DNA of 64,000 nucleotides from an uncultured Clostridiaceae bacterium (GTDB lineage: Bacteria; Bacillota; Clostridia; TANB77; CAG-508). The notes under the pieces were generated by a model. That model saw only the letters and a list, made by a program, of their open reading frames with translations. It had not been told where the DNA came from and did no database searches. This document shows, in pieces, positions 10,643 to 21,396 of the stretch (position 1 is the first letter of the stretch; each line of letters begins with the position of its first letter). Position numbers and translations under genes: made by a program. Where the stretch lies: positions 3,121 to 67,120 of the forward strand of contig CATLFA010000006.1 of the NCBI GenBank assembly GCA_949927585.1, written 5' to 3'.

Positions 10643-11311
10643 ATGCCAGGTATGACTTTTCATTTTGTATTTGCTGATGAGGTATATAGAAAGATAAAAA
10701 TAAAATTAGATAAGGTAGAGTTCTTCTCTGGAAATATAATTCCAGATTTAGTTACACCAGAAAATAAAGAATATACACATTATCGAATTACTAGTCCAGT
10801 TGATGGACATATGTTTCCTGATTTAGCGAAAGCAAAAAGTGAGCTTTTTGATAAAGATAACTCTATTAAATTAGGAATGTATAGTCATCTTTATTTGGAC
10901 TATCATTTTATAGAAGATTTTCTTTATAAAGAATTTATTTTTGATGTAAAAAACGGAAAAGTAATAAATCCAAGAACCAATACAACATGGGATTTAAGAC
11001 AGTTTTTTGGTAAATGTACAGAAGGTGGAATTTTATATGAAGGTTACACTCAAATAAATAATCTATTAATTAAAGATGGATATATTAATACAAATGATTT
11101 AAGTAATATTCCTAATAATCTACCACTTAATGGAATACCAGTATTTGACAATAGATATGAAATGACATGGAGAGAAGAGTTAAATGGTTATCTTTCGAGG
11201 AAAATACCGTACAATGGTAAGATATTTGAATATGAACGATTAACTTCAGCCATTTATAATATTGCAGATCAATTTATTTCAGATGTAGAAAAGATGTTAG
11301 TTAAAAAATAG
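10643..11311 (+). CDS. hypothetical protein
   Basis: GGAGAAAG RBS before ATG 10643; 222 aa; no family recognised. Confidence 0.6.
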   Translation: MPGMTFHFVFADEVYRKIKIKLDKVEFFSGNIIPDLVTPENKEYTHYRITSPVDGHMFPDLAKAKSELFDKDNSIKLGMYSHLYLDYHFIEDFLYKEFIFDVKNGKVINPRTNTTWDLRQFFGKCTEGGILYEGYTQINNLLIKDGYINTNDLSNIPNNLPLNGIPVFDNRYEMTWREELNGYLSRKIPYNGKIFEYERLTSAIYNIADQFISDVEKMLVKK

Positions 11312-11313
11312 TA

Positions 11314-11360
11314 AAAAAACACATAAATAAAATAGTAATTATTTTATTTATGTGTTTTTT
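11314..11360. terminator. bidirectional hairpin
   Basis: aaaacacataaataaaat / attttatttatgtgtttt stem between convergent genes. Confidence 0.8.
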
Positions 11361-11392
11361 ATAATTAAGGAAATTTGTACATATTGATTATT

Positions 11393-12316
11393 TTATACTT
11401 GTGATATTGAACTTGTCCATGTTTGTACTTTATCTTCAGGAATATATAAATTATTATTTAATCCTCGTCCTAACTGATTTTTCTTATTAGCACCATGATA
11501 GTCACTTCCGCCTGATACTAATAAATTGCGAGATGAACAAGTATCTAATAGATACATAGTGTGTTCATGTGTGAAAGTAGGATAGTAGCACTCTATACCA
11601 TCTATTTCTCCAGTTTCCAATAATTCATATAATATTGATTTTGAATAATCGCCATACTGAAAAATATGAGGAATGAACACTTTTCCAACACATGAACGTA
11701 TCAAGTTTATGGTATCTATATAACTAGGGTATGCACTAAATTCTACATAGAATCTGCTTTTAGGGTTTGTGAGCCATCCCCTATATAAGCTTTCTTTATT
11801 TGTATGCTCTATTTTATCAGAAAACAAAGTATTAGTATTCTTCTCTAAATTTTTTGTATCACTAAACAGTATACTTGAAACAAATTTAGCAGGTTGAATA
11901 AGAAAATCTGTATATAAACTTTCTATATTTTCAGGTAAGATAATATTCTGCTCACGTAGTACTTTTAAAATAGCAGTTAAATAAGATATATTGATTTCTT
12001 CCTTACTTTTATATAAAGTAGAAAGGCTTCTTTTCATCTTACTTACAGATATACCATATCCAAGTAGTTCAATTTCTCTCCCTTGACACATAGTCTTTAA
12101 TTCTATTCCAGGAATAATAATTCCACTAAATAATTTCCTGTACTTTTTAATTTCATAATAAGCATCAACACTTTCATGGTCTGTTATTGAAATCCTTTTA
12201 AGTCCTAATTCCTCAGATTCCATTAAAACCGCTTGTGGTGTTTTGGTACCATCTGATTTATTAGTGTGTACATGTAAATCATTTTTGTTGCTAAGTGAAT
12301 TGTTATAAGGCATCAT
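11393..12316 (-). CDS. PHP-domain metal-dependent phosphoesterase
   Basis: DLHVHTNKSDG N-terminus, ITDHES, GGSDYHG C-terminal motif. Confidence 0.8.
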   Translation of the reverse strand: MMPYNNSLSNKNDLHVHTNKSDGTKTPQAVLMESEELGLKRISITDHESVDAYYEIKKYRKLFSGIIIPGIELKTMCQGREIELLGYGISVSKMKRSLSTLYKSKEEINISYLTAILKVLREQNIILPENIESLYTDFLIQPAKFVSSILFSDTKNLEKNTNTLFSDKIEHTNKESLYRGWLTNPKSRFYVEFSAYPSYIDTINLIRSCVGKVFIPHIFQYGDYSKSILYELLETGEIDGIECYYPTFTHEHTMYLLDTCSSRNLLVSGGSDYHGANKKNQLGRGLNNNLYIPEDKVQTWTSSISQV

Positions 12317-12442
12317 AATTATTCCTCCTTAACAAAAAAATTATTATAATTACTTTACAATTATATAAAGTAATACAAAGAAAGTCAATATATAAACAAA
12401 AAAAGAAAAAGAAACTTGTAAACAAAGGTCGATAAAAAAATA

Positions 12443-12470
12443 TTGACTTTTTTTCATGTTAATATATAAT
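12443..12470 (+). promoter_or_regulatory. adhE promoter (TTGACT-16-TATAAT)
   Basis: ttgact 12443-12448, tataat 12465-12470. Confidence 0.65.
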
Positions 12471-12484
12471 ATTAATAGAAAAGA

Positions 12485-12531
12485 GTTCTCAAAAGGGACA
12501 GATTACCCAAAAGGAAACGTCCCCAATGGAC
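12485..12531 (-). repeat. dispersed inverted-repeat element, copy C (in adhE 5' leader)
   Basis: reverse complement gtccattggggacgtttccttttgggtaatctgtcccttttgagaac aligns with copy A along its full length. Confidence 0.8.
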
Positions 12532-12556
12532 AAAACAAAAGAAGGAGAGATTAAAT

Positions 12557-15160
12557 ATGGCAGAGTATACACAGGAAGAACAAGATAGAGTTAAGGCTAT
12601 GATTGATGATTTAGTTGAAAAGGCTAAAAAAGCATCTAGAGAGTATATGAAATTAGACCAAGAACAAGTTAATAATATTGTAAAGGCAATGTCTATGGCA
12701 GGTCTAGAACACCACATGGAGCTTGCTAAAATGGCAGTAGAGGAAACTGGTCGTGGTATTTATGAAGATAAAATTACAAAAAATATGTTTTCAACAGAAT
12801 ATATTTACCATAGTATAAAATATGCTAAAACAGTTGGAGTTGTTGAAGAAAATGAAGAAGAAGGTTATGAAGAAATTGCAGAACCTATTGGTATTATTGC
12901 AGGGGTTACTCCTGTTACTAACCCAACTTCTACAACAATGTTTAAATCTATAATTTCCGCAAAAACTAGAAATGTTATTATTTTTGGTTTTCACCCATCA
13001 GCTCAAAAATGTAGCACAAGGGCAGCAGAAATTTTAAGAGAGGCAGCAGTTAAAGCAGGAGCACCTGAAAATTGTATTTTATGGATTGAAGAGCCTTCAA
13101 TTTTAGCTACTTCAACACTTATGAATCACCCAGGGGTTGATTTAATACTAGCTACAGGTGGTACAGGAATGGTTAGAGCTGCATACTCATCAGGTAAGCC
13201 GGCTTTAGGTGTTGGACCTGGTAATGTGCCTTGCTATATAGATAAAACAGCTAAATTAAAGACTTCTGTCAATGACTTAGTTCTTTCAAAGTCTTTCGAC
13301 AATGGTATGATTTGTGCTTCAGAACAATCTGTAATTGTTGATAATGATATTCATGAAGAATTTGAAAGATTAATGAAAGAAGCGGGATGTTATTTTTTAA
13401 GTGATGAACAAACTAATAAACTAAGAAATAGTATGTTTATAGAAGAAAAGGGTTGTGCCTTAAATGCTGATATAGTTGGAAAAAGCCCATATAATATAGC
13501 AAAAGGTGCAGGCATAGAAGTGCCAGTGGATACAAAGGTATTAGTATTACACGAAAATGGAGTAGGAATAGAATTCCCATTCTCAAAAGAAAAATTAAGC
13601 CCAGTTCTTGCATATTATATTGTTGAAAATGAAGATGAAGGAATTGATTTAGCAGAAAAATTAATTGAATTTGGAGGCTTAGGACATAGTGCAGTTATAC
13701 ATTCAGAAAATGAAGAAACAATTAGAAGATTTTCTCAAAGGGTAAAAGTAGGAAGAATTATTGTAAATTCTCCATCAACACATGGTGCAATTGGTGATAT
13801 ATATAATACAAATATGCCATCACTAACTTTAGGTTGTGGTTCATTTGGTGGAAATTCAACAACATCGAATGTATCAAGTGTAAACTTAATTAATATTAAA
13901 AAAGTGGCTAAAAGGAGAGTTAATATGCAATGGTTTAAAGTTCCAGATAAAATATATTTTGAAGCAGGTTCAATATCATACTTAGAAAAAATGCCAGACA
14001 TAACAAGAGCGTTTATAGTAACAGATAAGTCTATGGTAGAGTTTGGATATGTAGATAAAATACTATATCATTTAAGAAAAAGAAATGAATATGTTCATTC
14101 AGAAATATTCTCAGATGTAGAGCCAGACCCTTCTTTTGATACGATTAAAAGGGGAGTAGCAATGATGAATGAATTTAAACCTGATGTTATAATAGCATTA
14201 GGTGGAGGTAGCCCAATAGATGCCGCAAAAGGTATGTGGCTATTCTATGAACACCCAGATGCAGATGTTGAAGGTTTAAAACTAAAATTTATGGACATTA
14301 GAAAACGTACTTACAAATTTCCAAGGCTAGGAGAAAAAGCAAAAATGGTAGCAATACCAACAACTTCAGGAACAGGTTCAGAAGTTACATCATTTGCAGT
14401 AATTACAGATAAAAAAATAAATAAAAAATACCCACTAGCAGACTACGAATTAACACCAGATGTAGCAATAGTAGATCCAGACCTAGTAATGAGTCTTCCA
14501 CAAAGAATAACAGCAGACACAGGTATGGATGTACTAACACATGCAATAGAAGCATATGTTTCAAATATGGCATCAGACTACACAGATGGCTTAGCAGAAA
14601 AAGCAGTAGAATTAGTATTTAAAAACTTAAGAACAGCATATAACAATGGAAGCAACAAACATGCACGTGAAAAAATGCATAATGCAAGTACAATAGCAGG
14701 AATGGCATTCACAAATGCATTTTTAGGAGTAAACCACTCAATAGCACATAAAATAGGAGGAGAGTTCCATCTGCCACACGGAAGGATAAATGCAATACTT
14801 TTACCATATGTAATAAGATACAATGCTACTAAACCAACAAAGTTTGTATCATTCCCTAAATATGAATATTTCATAGCAGACCAAAAATATGCAGACCTTT
14901 CAAGAAGAATGGGATTCCCAGCATATACAAATGAGGAAGGAGTAAATTCATTAATAGAAGAAATTAAAAAGTTAAATGCAGATTTAGGAATACCTTCATC
15001 ATTTAAAGAACAAGGAATAGATGAGCAAGAATGGCTTGAAAAAGTAGATATGCTAGCAGACAGAGCCTTTGAAGACCAATGTACAACAGCAAATCCACGT
15101 CTTCCATTAATAGAAGAACTAAAAAAGATTTTAATTGATAGTTATTATGGAAATGTATAA
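12557..15160 (+). CDS. adhE: bifunctional acetaldehyde-CoA/alcohol dehydrogenase
   Basis: 867-aa ORF; ALDH domain plus Fe-ADH domain ([10 protein letters not shown], iron-binding His cluster); no in-frame CGG. Confidence 0.95.
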   Translation: MAEYTQEEQDRVKAMIDDLVEKAKKASREYMKLDQEQVNNIVKAMSMAGLEHHMELAKMAVEETGRGIYEDKITKNMFSTEYIYHSIKYAKTVGVVEENEEEGYEEIAEPIGIIAGVTPVTNPTSTTMFKSIISAKTRNVIIFGFHPSAQKCSTRAAEILREAAVKAGAPENCILWIEEPSILATSTLMNHPGVDLILATGGTGMVRAAYSSGKPALGVGPGNVPCYIDKTAKLKTSVNDLVLSKSFDNGMICASEQSVIVDNDIHEEFERLMKEAGCYFLSDEQTNKLRNSMFIEEKGCALNADIVGKSPYNIAKGAGIEVPVDTKVLVLHENGVGIEFPFSKEKLSPVLAYYIVENEDEGIDLAEKLIEFGGLGHSAVIHSENEETIRRFSQRVKVGRIIVNSPSTHGAIGDIYNTNMPSLTLGCGSFGGNSTTSNVSSVNLINIKKVAKRRVNMQWFKVPDKIYFEAGSISYLEKMPDITRAFIVTDKSMVEFGYVDKILYHLRKRNEYVHSEIFSDVEPDPSFDTIKRGVAMMNEFKPDVIIALGGGSPIDAAKGMWLFYEHPDADVEGLKLKFMDIRKRTYKFPRLGEKAKMVAIPTTSGTGSEVTSFAVITDKKINKKYPLADYELTPDVAIVDPDLVMSLPQRITADTGMDVLTHAIEAYVSNMASDYTDGLAEKAVELVFKNLRTAYNNGSNKHAREKMHNASTIAGMAFTNAFLGVNHSIAHKIGGEFHLPHGRINAILLPYVIRYNATKPTKFVSFPKYEYFIADQKYADLSRRMGFPAYTNEEGVNSLIEEIKKLNADLGIPSSFKEQGIDEQEWLEKVDMLADRAFEDQCTTANPRLPLIEELKKILIDSYYGNV

Positions 15161-15173
15161 AATATAGTACATA

Positions 15174-15206
15174 AAAATAAGACCTTAAGCAAAGGTCTTA
15201 TTTTTA
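15174..15206 (+). terminator. rho-independent terminator of adhE
   Basis: ataagacc..ggtcttat hairpin + T-run. Confidence 0.8.
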
Positions 15207-15442
15207 TGTACTATATTCAATTGTAAGTTTAAGGTTAGTTAATTAGCTAATGATAGCTCTGTTGTATAATGATTATTCTGAGTATCATATGTAAACTTAT
15301 TACATTTATATTATAATACATCTCATCTAAAAAACAGTAATTACAATATTTTGGAAAAAATTATGTAAAATATTGATTTAATTTGAATAAAGTGTTATAA
15401 TTAAAGAAGTAGTAAAATAATATTTTAAGGAGGAAAAGGCAA

Positions 15443-16255
15443 ATGAAGTTTCCAAAAAATAATTTACGGGGTAGAAAATTAAGGAGAGGTTTAAGTTGTC
15501 TGCTGGCTATTGCTATTGTGATGTTATGCAGTAGCAATATAGTTATGGTAGCCAAAGCTATGGGGAAACAGGAGGTTAAAGGATATGTAAAAGTAGATAC
15601 CTTACTTAACCTTAGAAAGAATCCAAATATGGATGCCACAATTATTGGGGAGCTGCTTCCTGGAGAGATTGTTACCATTGTTGATATGGGAGATGAAAAA
15701 TGGACAAAAGTCAGAACAGAGTCTGGATATGAAGGCTATGTAGTAAATGACTATTTAGTAGTTCCCGGGTTAGATTCTGAAGAATATGAGCTAATATCAG
15801 TTGCAGTAATAACTAAAACAGATGGTAGTTCAGAAAACAGAAACTTCAATATGGAACGGGCAGCCAGATATCTTAATGGATTGGTAGTACATTCAGAAGA
15901 TGAATTTGCATGGTATTCTACTGATAAAACAGAAGGTATAGTAGGACCTGCAAACAAAGAAAATGGCTACAAAGAGGCTCCTATAATAGTGGGAGGAAAA
16001 TCTGTAATGGGTTATGGCGGAGGAGTTTGCCAAGTAAGTACAGCACTATATAATTGTATATATAAAATAGATATAGTGCCAACTCAGCATCATCATCATT
16101 CTTTAGCATCCTCATATGTACAAAAAGGAATGGATGCCACAGTAAGTTATCCGAACAAAAACTTTGTATTTACTAATACAAAGGAATATGCAATTTTATT
16201 TGAGGCTTATACAGATGGGCCACAGGTAGTAGTTGTTGCATACAAGATAAGATAA
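15443..16255 (+). CDS. secreted SH3-like + VanW-like domain protein
   Basis: AGGAGG RBS; signal peptide; GYVKVDTLLNLRKNP (SH3b-like); GGGVCQVSTALYN (VanW-like); GC about 38-40%; in-frame CGG at 15467 and 15857 with no open +1 frame. Confidence 0.75.
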   Translation: MKFPKNNLRGRKLRRGLSCLLAIAIVMLCSSNIVMVAKAMGKQEVKGYVKVDTLLNLRKNPNMDATIIGELLPGEIVTIVDMGDEKWTKVRTESGYEGYVVNDYLVVPGLDSEEYELISVAVITKTDGSSENRNFNMERAARYLNGLVVHSEDEFAWYSTDKTEGIVGPANKENGYKEAPIIVGGKSVMGYGGGVCQVSTALYNCIYKIDIVPTQHHHHSLASSYVQKGMDATVSYPNKNFVFTNTKEYAILFEAYTDGPQVVVVAYKIR

Positions 16256-16258
16256 ATA

Positions 16259-16297
16259 AAAGTGAAGCATTGGGAAATATTCCAATGCTTCACTTTT
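16259..16297. terminator. bidirectional hairpin
   Basis: aagtgaagcattgg / ccaatgcttcactt stem. Confidence 0.8.
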
Positions 16298-17130
16298 TAG
16301 ATAAACTTATAAATTGCTTCTGCAAATCCTCCATTACCTGCAGAATTTTTTGTAATAAAATCTGCTACTTCTTTTACTTCATCATAAGCATTATTAACAG
16401 CGACGGCAATGTTAGTTATATTAAACATGCTTATATCATTAATATTATCGCCAATAGCAAGTATTTGTTCTTTTGGCATACTTAAATGATTGCTCAAAGC
16501 ATTAACTGCATTTCCTTTAGAAACATTAGAAGTGGAAATATCTAAATATTCATAATCTTTATCTATAATATTATCACGATATTTCCCTTTCTTTCTAATA
16601 TGGGTAATGCTAATTCCTTCTATTTGCTGTAATTTACTTTTTGTTTCTGACAAGTCATCACTTGAAGAAAGAACTAGTTGTAAAATTTGAGCATTTCCAT
16701 TAATTAAAGTATTATAAATATCAGAAACTTCCATAATTTCTATTTTACCAGGGAATAATAATGAATTTCTTAAATCCAAATACTCGAGCTTTTCACTTAT
16801 AATTCCAGTATCAGTATTCGCATGTATATGCAAGCCATATTCCTTAGCAAGCTCTAAGCATTTTATAATTGTATTTATAGAAAGAGTTCTTTTGAAAATA
16901 TCCCTATTAGTAGTTAAATCTACACAATGAGAACCATTTCCAAAAATGCCGAAATCTGCACCAATCTTTTTACAAAAATCCTTACTAATAGCATAACTCT
17001 TGCCAGTACAAAGCACAAAAGTAACATTCTTTTCCTTTAAATATGATATAGCTTGAACATTCCTTTCACAAATAGGATGCACATTATCAATTAAAGTACT
17101 ATCAATATCACTAGAAACAAGTTTAATCAT
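16297..17130 (-). CDS. Cof-type HAD-IIB family hydrolase
   Basis: SDIDSTL N-terminal motif, GDNINDISM C-terminal motif. Confidence 0.85.
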   Translation of the reverse strand: MIKLVSSDIDSTLIDNVHPICERNVQAISYLKEKNVTFVLCTGKSYAISKDFCKKIGADFGIFGNGSHCVDLTTNRDIFKRTLSINTIIKCLELAKEYGLHIHANTDTGIISEKLEYLDLRNSLLFPGKIEIMEVSDIYNTLINGNAQILQLVLSSSDDLSETKSKLQQIEGISITHIRKKGKYRDNIIDKDYEYLDISTSNVSKGNAVNALSNHLSMPKEQILAIGDNINDISMFNITNIAVAVNNAYDEVKEVADFITKNSAGNGGFAEAIYKFI

Positions 17131-17514
17131 ACTTTATCTCCTTATATACAAAATTTAAATTAAAGTTACATAAATATAATATCATAAATAGAAGAATAAA
17201 ACAAGTGAAATTATAAGAACAGGGCAAAAAATGTTAAAATTATAGGCAATATTTATCCTTTACTATTTTGAATATATATGATAAAATATAGCTTATGAAA
17301 TAGAGATATGTTGTTTAATAACCAGAGAATAATTATTTGAAGGAGGAAGAATATGAAAAAGGAAACTATGTATATTGCGATATGAGAGGAAATGTATTTG
17401 ATAAATTAGGATTTGAAGATAATGAAAATGTCAATTTAGATAATGTGAAATTTGAAAAGTATTATCCAAATAATAAAAACTTATAAGCGTTTAATAAAAA
17501 GGAGGATAAAACAT

Positions 17515-17694
17515 ATGAAAATCATTATTTCATTTGCAGTAATTTTCGCAATAATACTTTCTATTAAAGTTCTTTCTAATTTAAAATTCAGAAAGAATAA
17601 GAAGAATATTATACTCGACAATCATAGTATTAAACCAGAATTTTCCGATGATGATATACCATTAAGTCAAGCATTAAGAGGATTAAAAAATTAA
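17515..17694 (+). CDS. small membrane protein
   Basis: AGGAGG RBS before ATG 17515; one N-terminal TM helix. Confidence 0.5.
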   Translation: MKIIISFAVIFAIILSIKVLSNLKFRKNKKNIILDNHSIKPEFSDDDIPLSQALRGLKN

Positions 17695-17700
17695 ATAAAA

Positions 17701-17741
17701 AATAAGCTCTCCCAAAAATTAATGGGGAGAGCTTATTTTTT
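17701..17741. terminator. bidirectional hairpin
   Basis: aataagctctccc / ggggagagcttatt stem + T-run. Confidence 0.85.
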
Positions 17742-17812
17742 GTTACTTATACACTTAGTACGTTAGTCGTAGCATCTAAATATTGTACATAAAAGTTTAT
17801 CTCTTAAACTCT

Positions 17813-18685
17813 TTAACATGCACCACGATCATTTGCTAAATCTTGAGATTGAACTATTCTTTTATGAACACTCCCATCTGGTGAAATATATATACTATCA
17901 AAACACATTGGCTCATAATTTAGTAGTTGAAATTCAGACTGTTTAATTGGAGTTTTTAAATTACATGTTAAGTTTAAAATTATTTTTATTCCAAATCTTT
18001 TTTCAAGTGATTTAGGTTCCAAATAGCATCCGCATTGCAGGGTATCATTTTGATGAACATCATCGCAATAAGGTTTTAATAATTCTTGTAAATCTATAAA
18101 ATTTGGATCGTTAGGGTCATCGGTCGACATTTCTGAAAACTTTATTGAAGTAAATCCTATTTTCTTCATTGCTAAGGCGAATTCCTCCATTTTATTAAAT
18201 GAATCAATTCCTTTTTTATTAACAACACAATTAACTCTTAACTTAAGTTTTGGGTTTAACTTATGAAATTCTTTTATTTTATCTAGTTCAGGAGTAATTC
18301 CAACTATATCATTATTTACATTTTCATTACCCATAACAGAAACAATAAGCTTATCTAGTTTTGTTATAACTGGTAATAAACACTCCAAATTGTAGCCATT
18401 AGTATTAACAGTAATTTTTCTCTTAAATGGTGCAATAGCATTAATAATTCTAATTAAATCATTTGGAAATAATGTAGATTCACCACCTAATAGAAGAACA
18501 TCAGGATATTTATATAATGCAATAGCACTTTCTATAATTTTATCTACATTTGTTTTAGAAGCCTTATTAAATCTTCCAACGCAAAAGTAGCACTTACCAT
18601 TGCAAGCAGTAGTTGTTTGAATACACAAACGTGGTCCCATTCTTCCCATACAATAGTTTTCTTTACTTCTTAAGGTAATTGACAT
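17813..18685 (-). CDS. radical SAM protein (paralogue 2)
   Basis: CNGKCYFC (CxxxCxxC) motif, GGEST, TNGY; GGAGA RBS; start overlaps upstream paralogue by 23 nt. Confidence 0.8.
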   Translation of the reverse strand: MSITLRSKENYCMGRMGPRLCIQTTTACNGKCYFCVGRFNKASKTNVDKIIESAIALYKYPDVLLLGGESTLFPNDLIRIINAIAPFKRKITVNTNGYNLECLLPVITKLDKLIVSVMGNENVNNDIVGITPELDKIKEFHKLNPKLKLRVNCVVNKKGIDSFNKMEEFALAMKKIGFTSIKFSEMSTDDPNDPNFIDLQELLKPYCDDVHQNDTLQCGCYLEPKSLEKRFGIKIILNLTCNLKTPIKQSEFQLLNYEPMCFDSIYISPDGSVHKRIVQSQDLANDRGAC

Positions 18686-19562
18686 TTAAATCATCTCCAT
18701 TCAAAACTTTATTATCAAACGAATCATATACCCAACTATCTGTTACTGAACAATCAGGTTGAATAACGTTCATATAATCATGCTGATATTCAATAGTTGG
18801 TATTCCAAAACTTTTTGCCTTAAATACATTATTATATGGGCAACATAGTTTAATATAAGTTTTTATTTTTAAATATTTTGATAATTCTGGTAATTCAAAA
18901 AAACATCCTTTTAATGTAGCATTTTTTTGATGGATTCCAAATTTTATTAATAAATCTTGTAAATCAATAAAATCTACATTTTCATTTGATGTAACTAACT
19001 CCATTAATTTAATTGCTGAAAAGCCTAATTTTTTAGCCTTTTTAGCATATTCTTTTATTTCTTTTAAATTAGAAACTGTTTTGTTTGTTACAACAACAGC
19101 AGCTATAATTTCAGCATTTCCCTTATTTCTATTTAAATCCTTTAGTTCTGTTTCATTAATATATATACCCGTTGAATTTTTACTATAATCAAAAGAATGA
19201 ATACTTAATGTTACAGTATCTAGGTATGGTATACATTCTTTAATTATTTTTAAATTAGAACCATTGCTTATTATGCCAATGTCATTTTTGTATGGTCTAA
19301 TTCCTTTTAATACTTCGACTAAATTAGGGTATAAAGTTGGTTCTCCACCCAATACATCAACTTTTGAAAATTTTGTCATCGAATTAGCAGTATCAATAAA
19401 TTTTTGTGCATCAGTGGATTTTCTAAATGGTGTTCCAGCAGCAATACAAAATTCACACTTACCATTACAACTGTTTAGTAGTTTAATATTTAACAAATTA
19501 TAACTATTTCCACAAATACTATTTTTAGATGGTTTCAATATTAGTTTTTCCTTATCATCCAT
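18663..19562 (-). CDS. radical SAM protein (paralogue 1)
   Basis: CNGKCEFC motif, GGEPTLYP, IISNGS, LSIHSFD; MoaA/viperin-style core layout. Confidence 0.8.
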   Translation of the reverse strand: MDDKEKLILKPSKNSICGNSYNLLNIKLLNSCNGKCEFCIAAGTPFRKSTDAQKFIDTANSMTKFSKVDVLGGEPTLYPNLVEVLKGIRPYKNDIGIISNGSNLKIIKECIPYLDTVTLSIHSFDYSKNSTGIYINETELKDLNRNKGNAEIIAAVVVTNKTVSNLKEIKEYAKKAKKLGFSAIKLMELVTSNENVDFIDLQDLLIKFGIHQKNATLKGCFFELPELSKYLKIKTYIKLCCPYNNVFKAKSFGIPTIEYQHDYMNVIQPDCSVTDSWVYDSFDNKVLNGDDLNVNYLKK

Positions 19563-19638
19563 AATTGTACTCCTTATTTTTGAATTATTATTTGTATTAT
19601 TATTATAATAATCAATTTTTTAATGTTTTTTAATTAAT

Positions 19639-21072
19639 TTAAAAATAAATATTATTAAGCATATCATTCTTAAGTGTCCATAAATTCTTAGATAAATCAA
19701 CATAGTATTCATGTGGCTTTTCTAATCTTTTAACTTCATCCCACATAGTATCAAGTTCTTTTTTAGCATATTTTGCAATTTCTTTTAATGTAGGGTTTTT
19801 ATAAACTAATTTTCCATTCTCGAATATTTTTTCATGTAAAGCTCTAACTGTGTAGTTTGTAAGTGTTTTCTTTTTCCAAGGGTTTTGTGGGTCAAATATT
19901 GTATAGTTATCTTTTGGAATGACTTCATCTGCTAAAGTTATAACATCTGCTAAAGCTTTTTTGGTATCTTTATCATAAAAACGATAAACTTTTTTATATC
20001 CAGGGTTTGTTACTTTTATAGCTGTTTCACTAACTTTAATTTTAGGAGTAATTACTGAATCTTCTTCCATAGCAACTAATTTATATACTCCACCAAAAAC
20101 AGGCTCACTCTTAGCTGTAATTAAGTTTTCACCTACACCAAAGCTATCAATTTTTGCTTCTTGTTCTAATAAAGATGTTATAGAATATTCATCTAAAGAG
20201 TTTGTAGCACAAATTTTACAATCAGGGTAACCATTTTCATCTAATATTTTTCTAACTTTTTTAGATAGATAAGCTAAATCTCCACTATCTAACCTTACAG
20301 CCTTTGGACGAATTCCTTGTGGTTTTAATACTTCATTAAATACTTTAATAGCATTAGGAAGACCACTTTCTATTGTATTATAAGTGTCAATTAGAAGTGT
20401 GCAATCAGTAGGGTAAATTTCAGCATAAGCCTTAAAAGCTTCATATTCAGTGTCGAAACTTTGAATCCAGCTGTGTGCCATAGTTCCACTTGCAGGAACA
20501 TCAAATTCTTTTGCGGAAATAGTGCAAGAAGTTCCAACAGCTCCGCCAATAATAGAAGCTCTAGCACCAGAAACAGCAGCGTCAATTCCATGAGCACGTC
20601 TAGCACCAAATTCCATAACTGGAATATTTTTGGCAGCATTTACAATTCTACTTGTTTTAGTAGCAATTAAGCTCTGGTGATTAATAGTAAGTAAAAGCAT
20701 TGTTTCCAAAATTTGAGCCTCAATCATAGGAGCTCTAACAGTAAGCAAAGCCTCATTAGGAAATACAATAGTTCCTTCAGGAATAGCCCAAATATCTCCA
20801 GTAAATTTAAAGTTTTTTAAATACTGTAAAAAATCTTCTGAAAATTTATTTTGTTTTCTTAAATACTCAATATCATCTTCTGTAAATTTTAAATTTTTAA
20901 TATAGTTAATAACTTGCTCCAAACCAGCAACTATAACATACCCACCGCCGTCTGGTATTCTTCTAAAAAATACATCAAAGTATGCTAGTTTGTTATTCAT
21001 GTTTTTAACAAAATAACCATTTGACATGGTAAATTCGTAAAAATCCGCAACTAATTCTAATTTATTATTCAT
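19639..21072 (-). CDS. pncB: nicotinate phosphoribosyltransferase
   Basis: 477 aa; ADFYEFTM N-terminus, GTMAHSW, RLDSGDL motifs. Confidence 0.9.
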   Translation of the reverse strand: MNNKLELVADFYEFTMSNGYFVKNMNNKLAYFDVFFRRIPDGGGYVIVAGLEQVINYIKNLKFTEDDIEYLRKQNKFSEDFLQYLKNFKFTGDIWAIPEGTIVFPNEALLTVRAPMIEAQILETMLLLTINHQSLIATKTSRIVNAAKNIPVMEFGARRAHGIDAAVSGARASIIGGAVGTSCTISAKEFDVPASGTMAHSWIQSFDTEYEAFKAYAEIYPTDCTLLIDTYNTIESGLPNAIKVFNEVLKPQGIRPKAVRLDSGDLAYLSKKVRKILDENGYPDCKICATNSLDEYSITSLLEQEAKIDSFGVGENLITAKSEPVFGGVYKLVAMEEDSVITPKIKVSETAIKVTNPGYKKVYRFYDKDTKKALADVITLADEVIPKDNYTIFDPQNPWKKKTLTNYTVRALHEKIFENGKLVYKNPTLKEIAKYAKKELDTMWDEVKRLEKPHEYYVDLSKNLWTLKNDMLNNIYF

Positions 21073-21327
21073 AATGATTCCTCCTTTAATATATACTTAT
21101 TAACTTTATGATAGTAACATCATAATACTAAGTATATTAAATTGTCAATAACTTTGTGCCAAAAAATAAAATTAATTGATAAATATTAGAAGTTATGTTA
21201 TTATAAAAATAAAAAGATCTAAGAAATACCTTAAAAGGAGTAATAGATAATGGTATTGCAGGAACACTTCTAAAAGGAATAAAAAATAGTATATTTAAGT
21301 AAATCCTTAAAGATAACTAGAAATAGT

Positions 21328-21356
21328 TTGATTTAGGGATTTATTTATGGTATAAT
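21328..21356 (+). promoter_or_regulatory. promoter of Nudix gene (TTGATT-17-TATAAT)
   Basis: ttgatt 21328-21333, tataat 21351-21356; flanked by imperfect inverted repeat aaatccttaa..ttagggattt. Confidence 0.6.
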
Positions 21357-21396
21357 AGCAACATATTAAAAAAACATTAAATAACTAGGAGATATT

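Noticed and set aside
12400-12445. Rex operator upstream of adhE (cttgtaaacaaag) and upstream of ldh (attgtgcaacaag)
   Set aside because: There are only partial half-site resemblances to the TTGTTAA-N4-TTAACAA / TTGTGAA-N6-TTCACAA type consensus, with no proper inverted repeat.
17337-17489. Small ORFs upstream of 17515 (a 10-codon ORF after AGGAGG at 17353; an approximately 50-codon TTG ORF)
   Set aside because: The frames conflict, the longer ORF has a weak start context, and there is no recognisable product.
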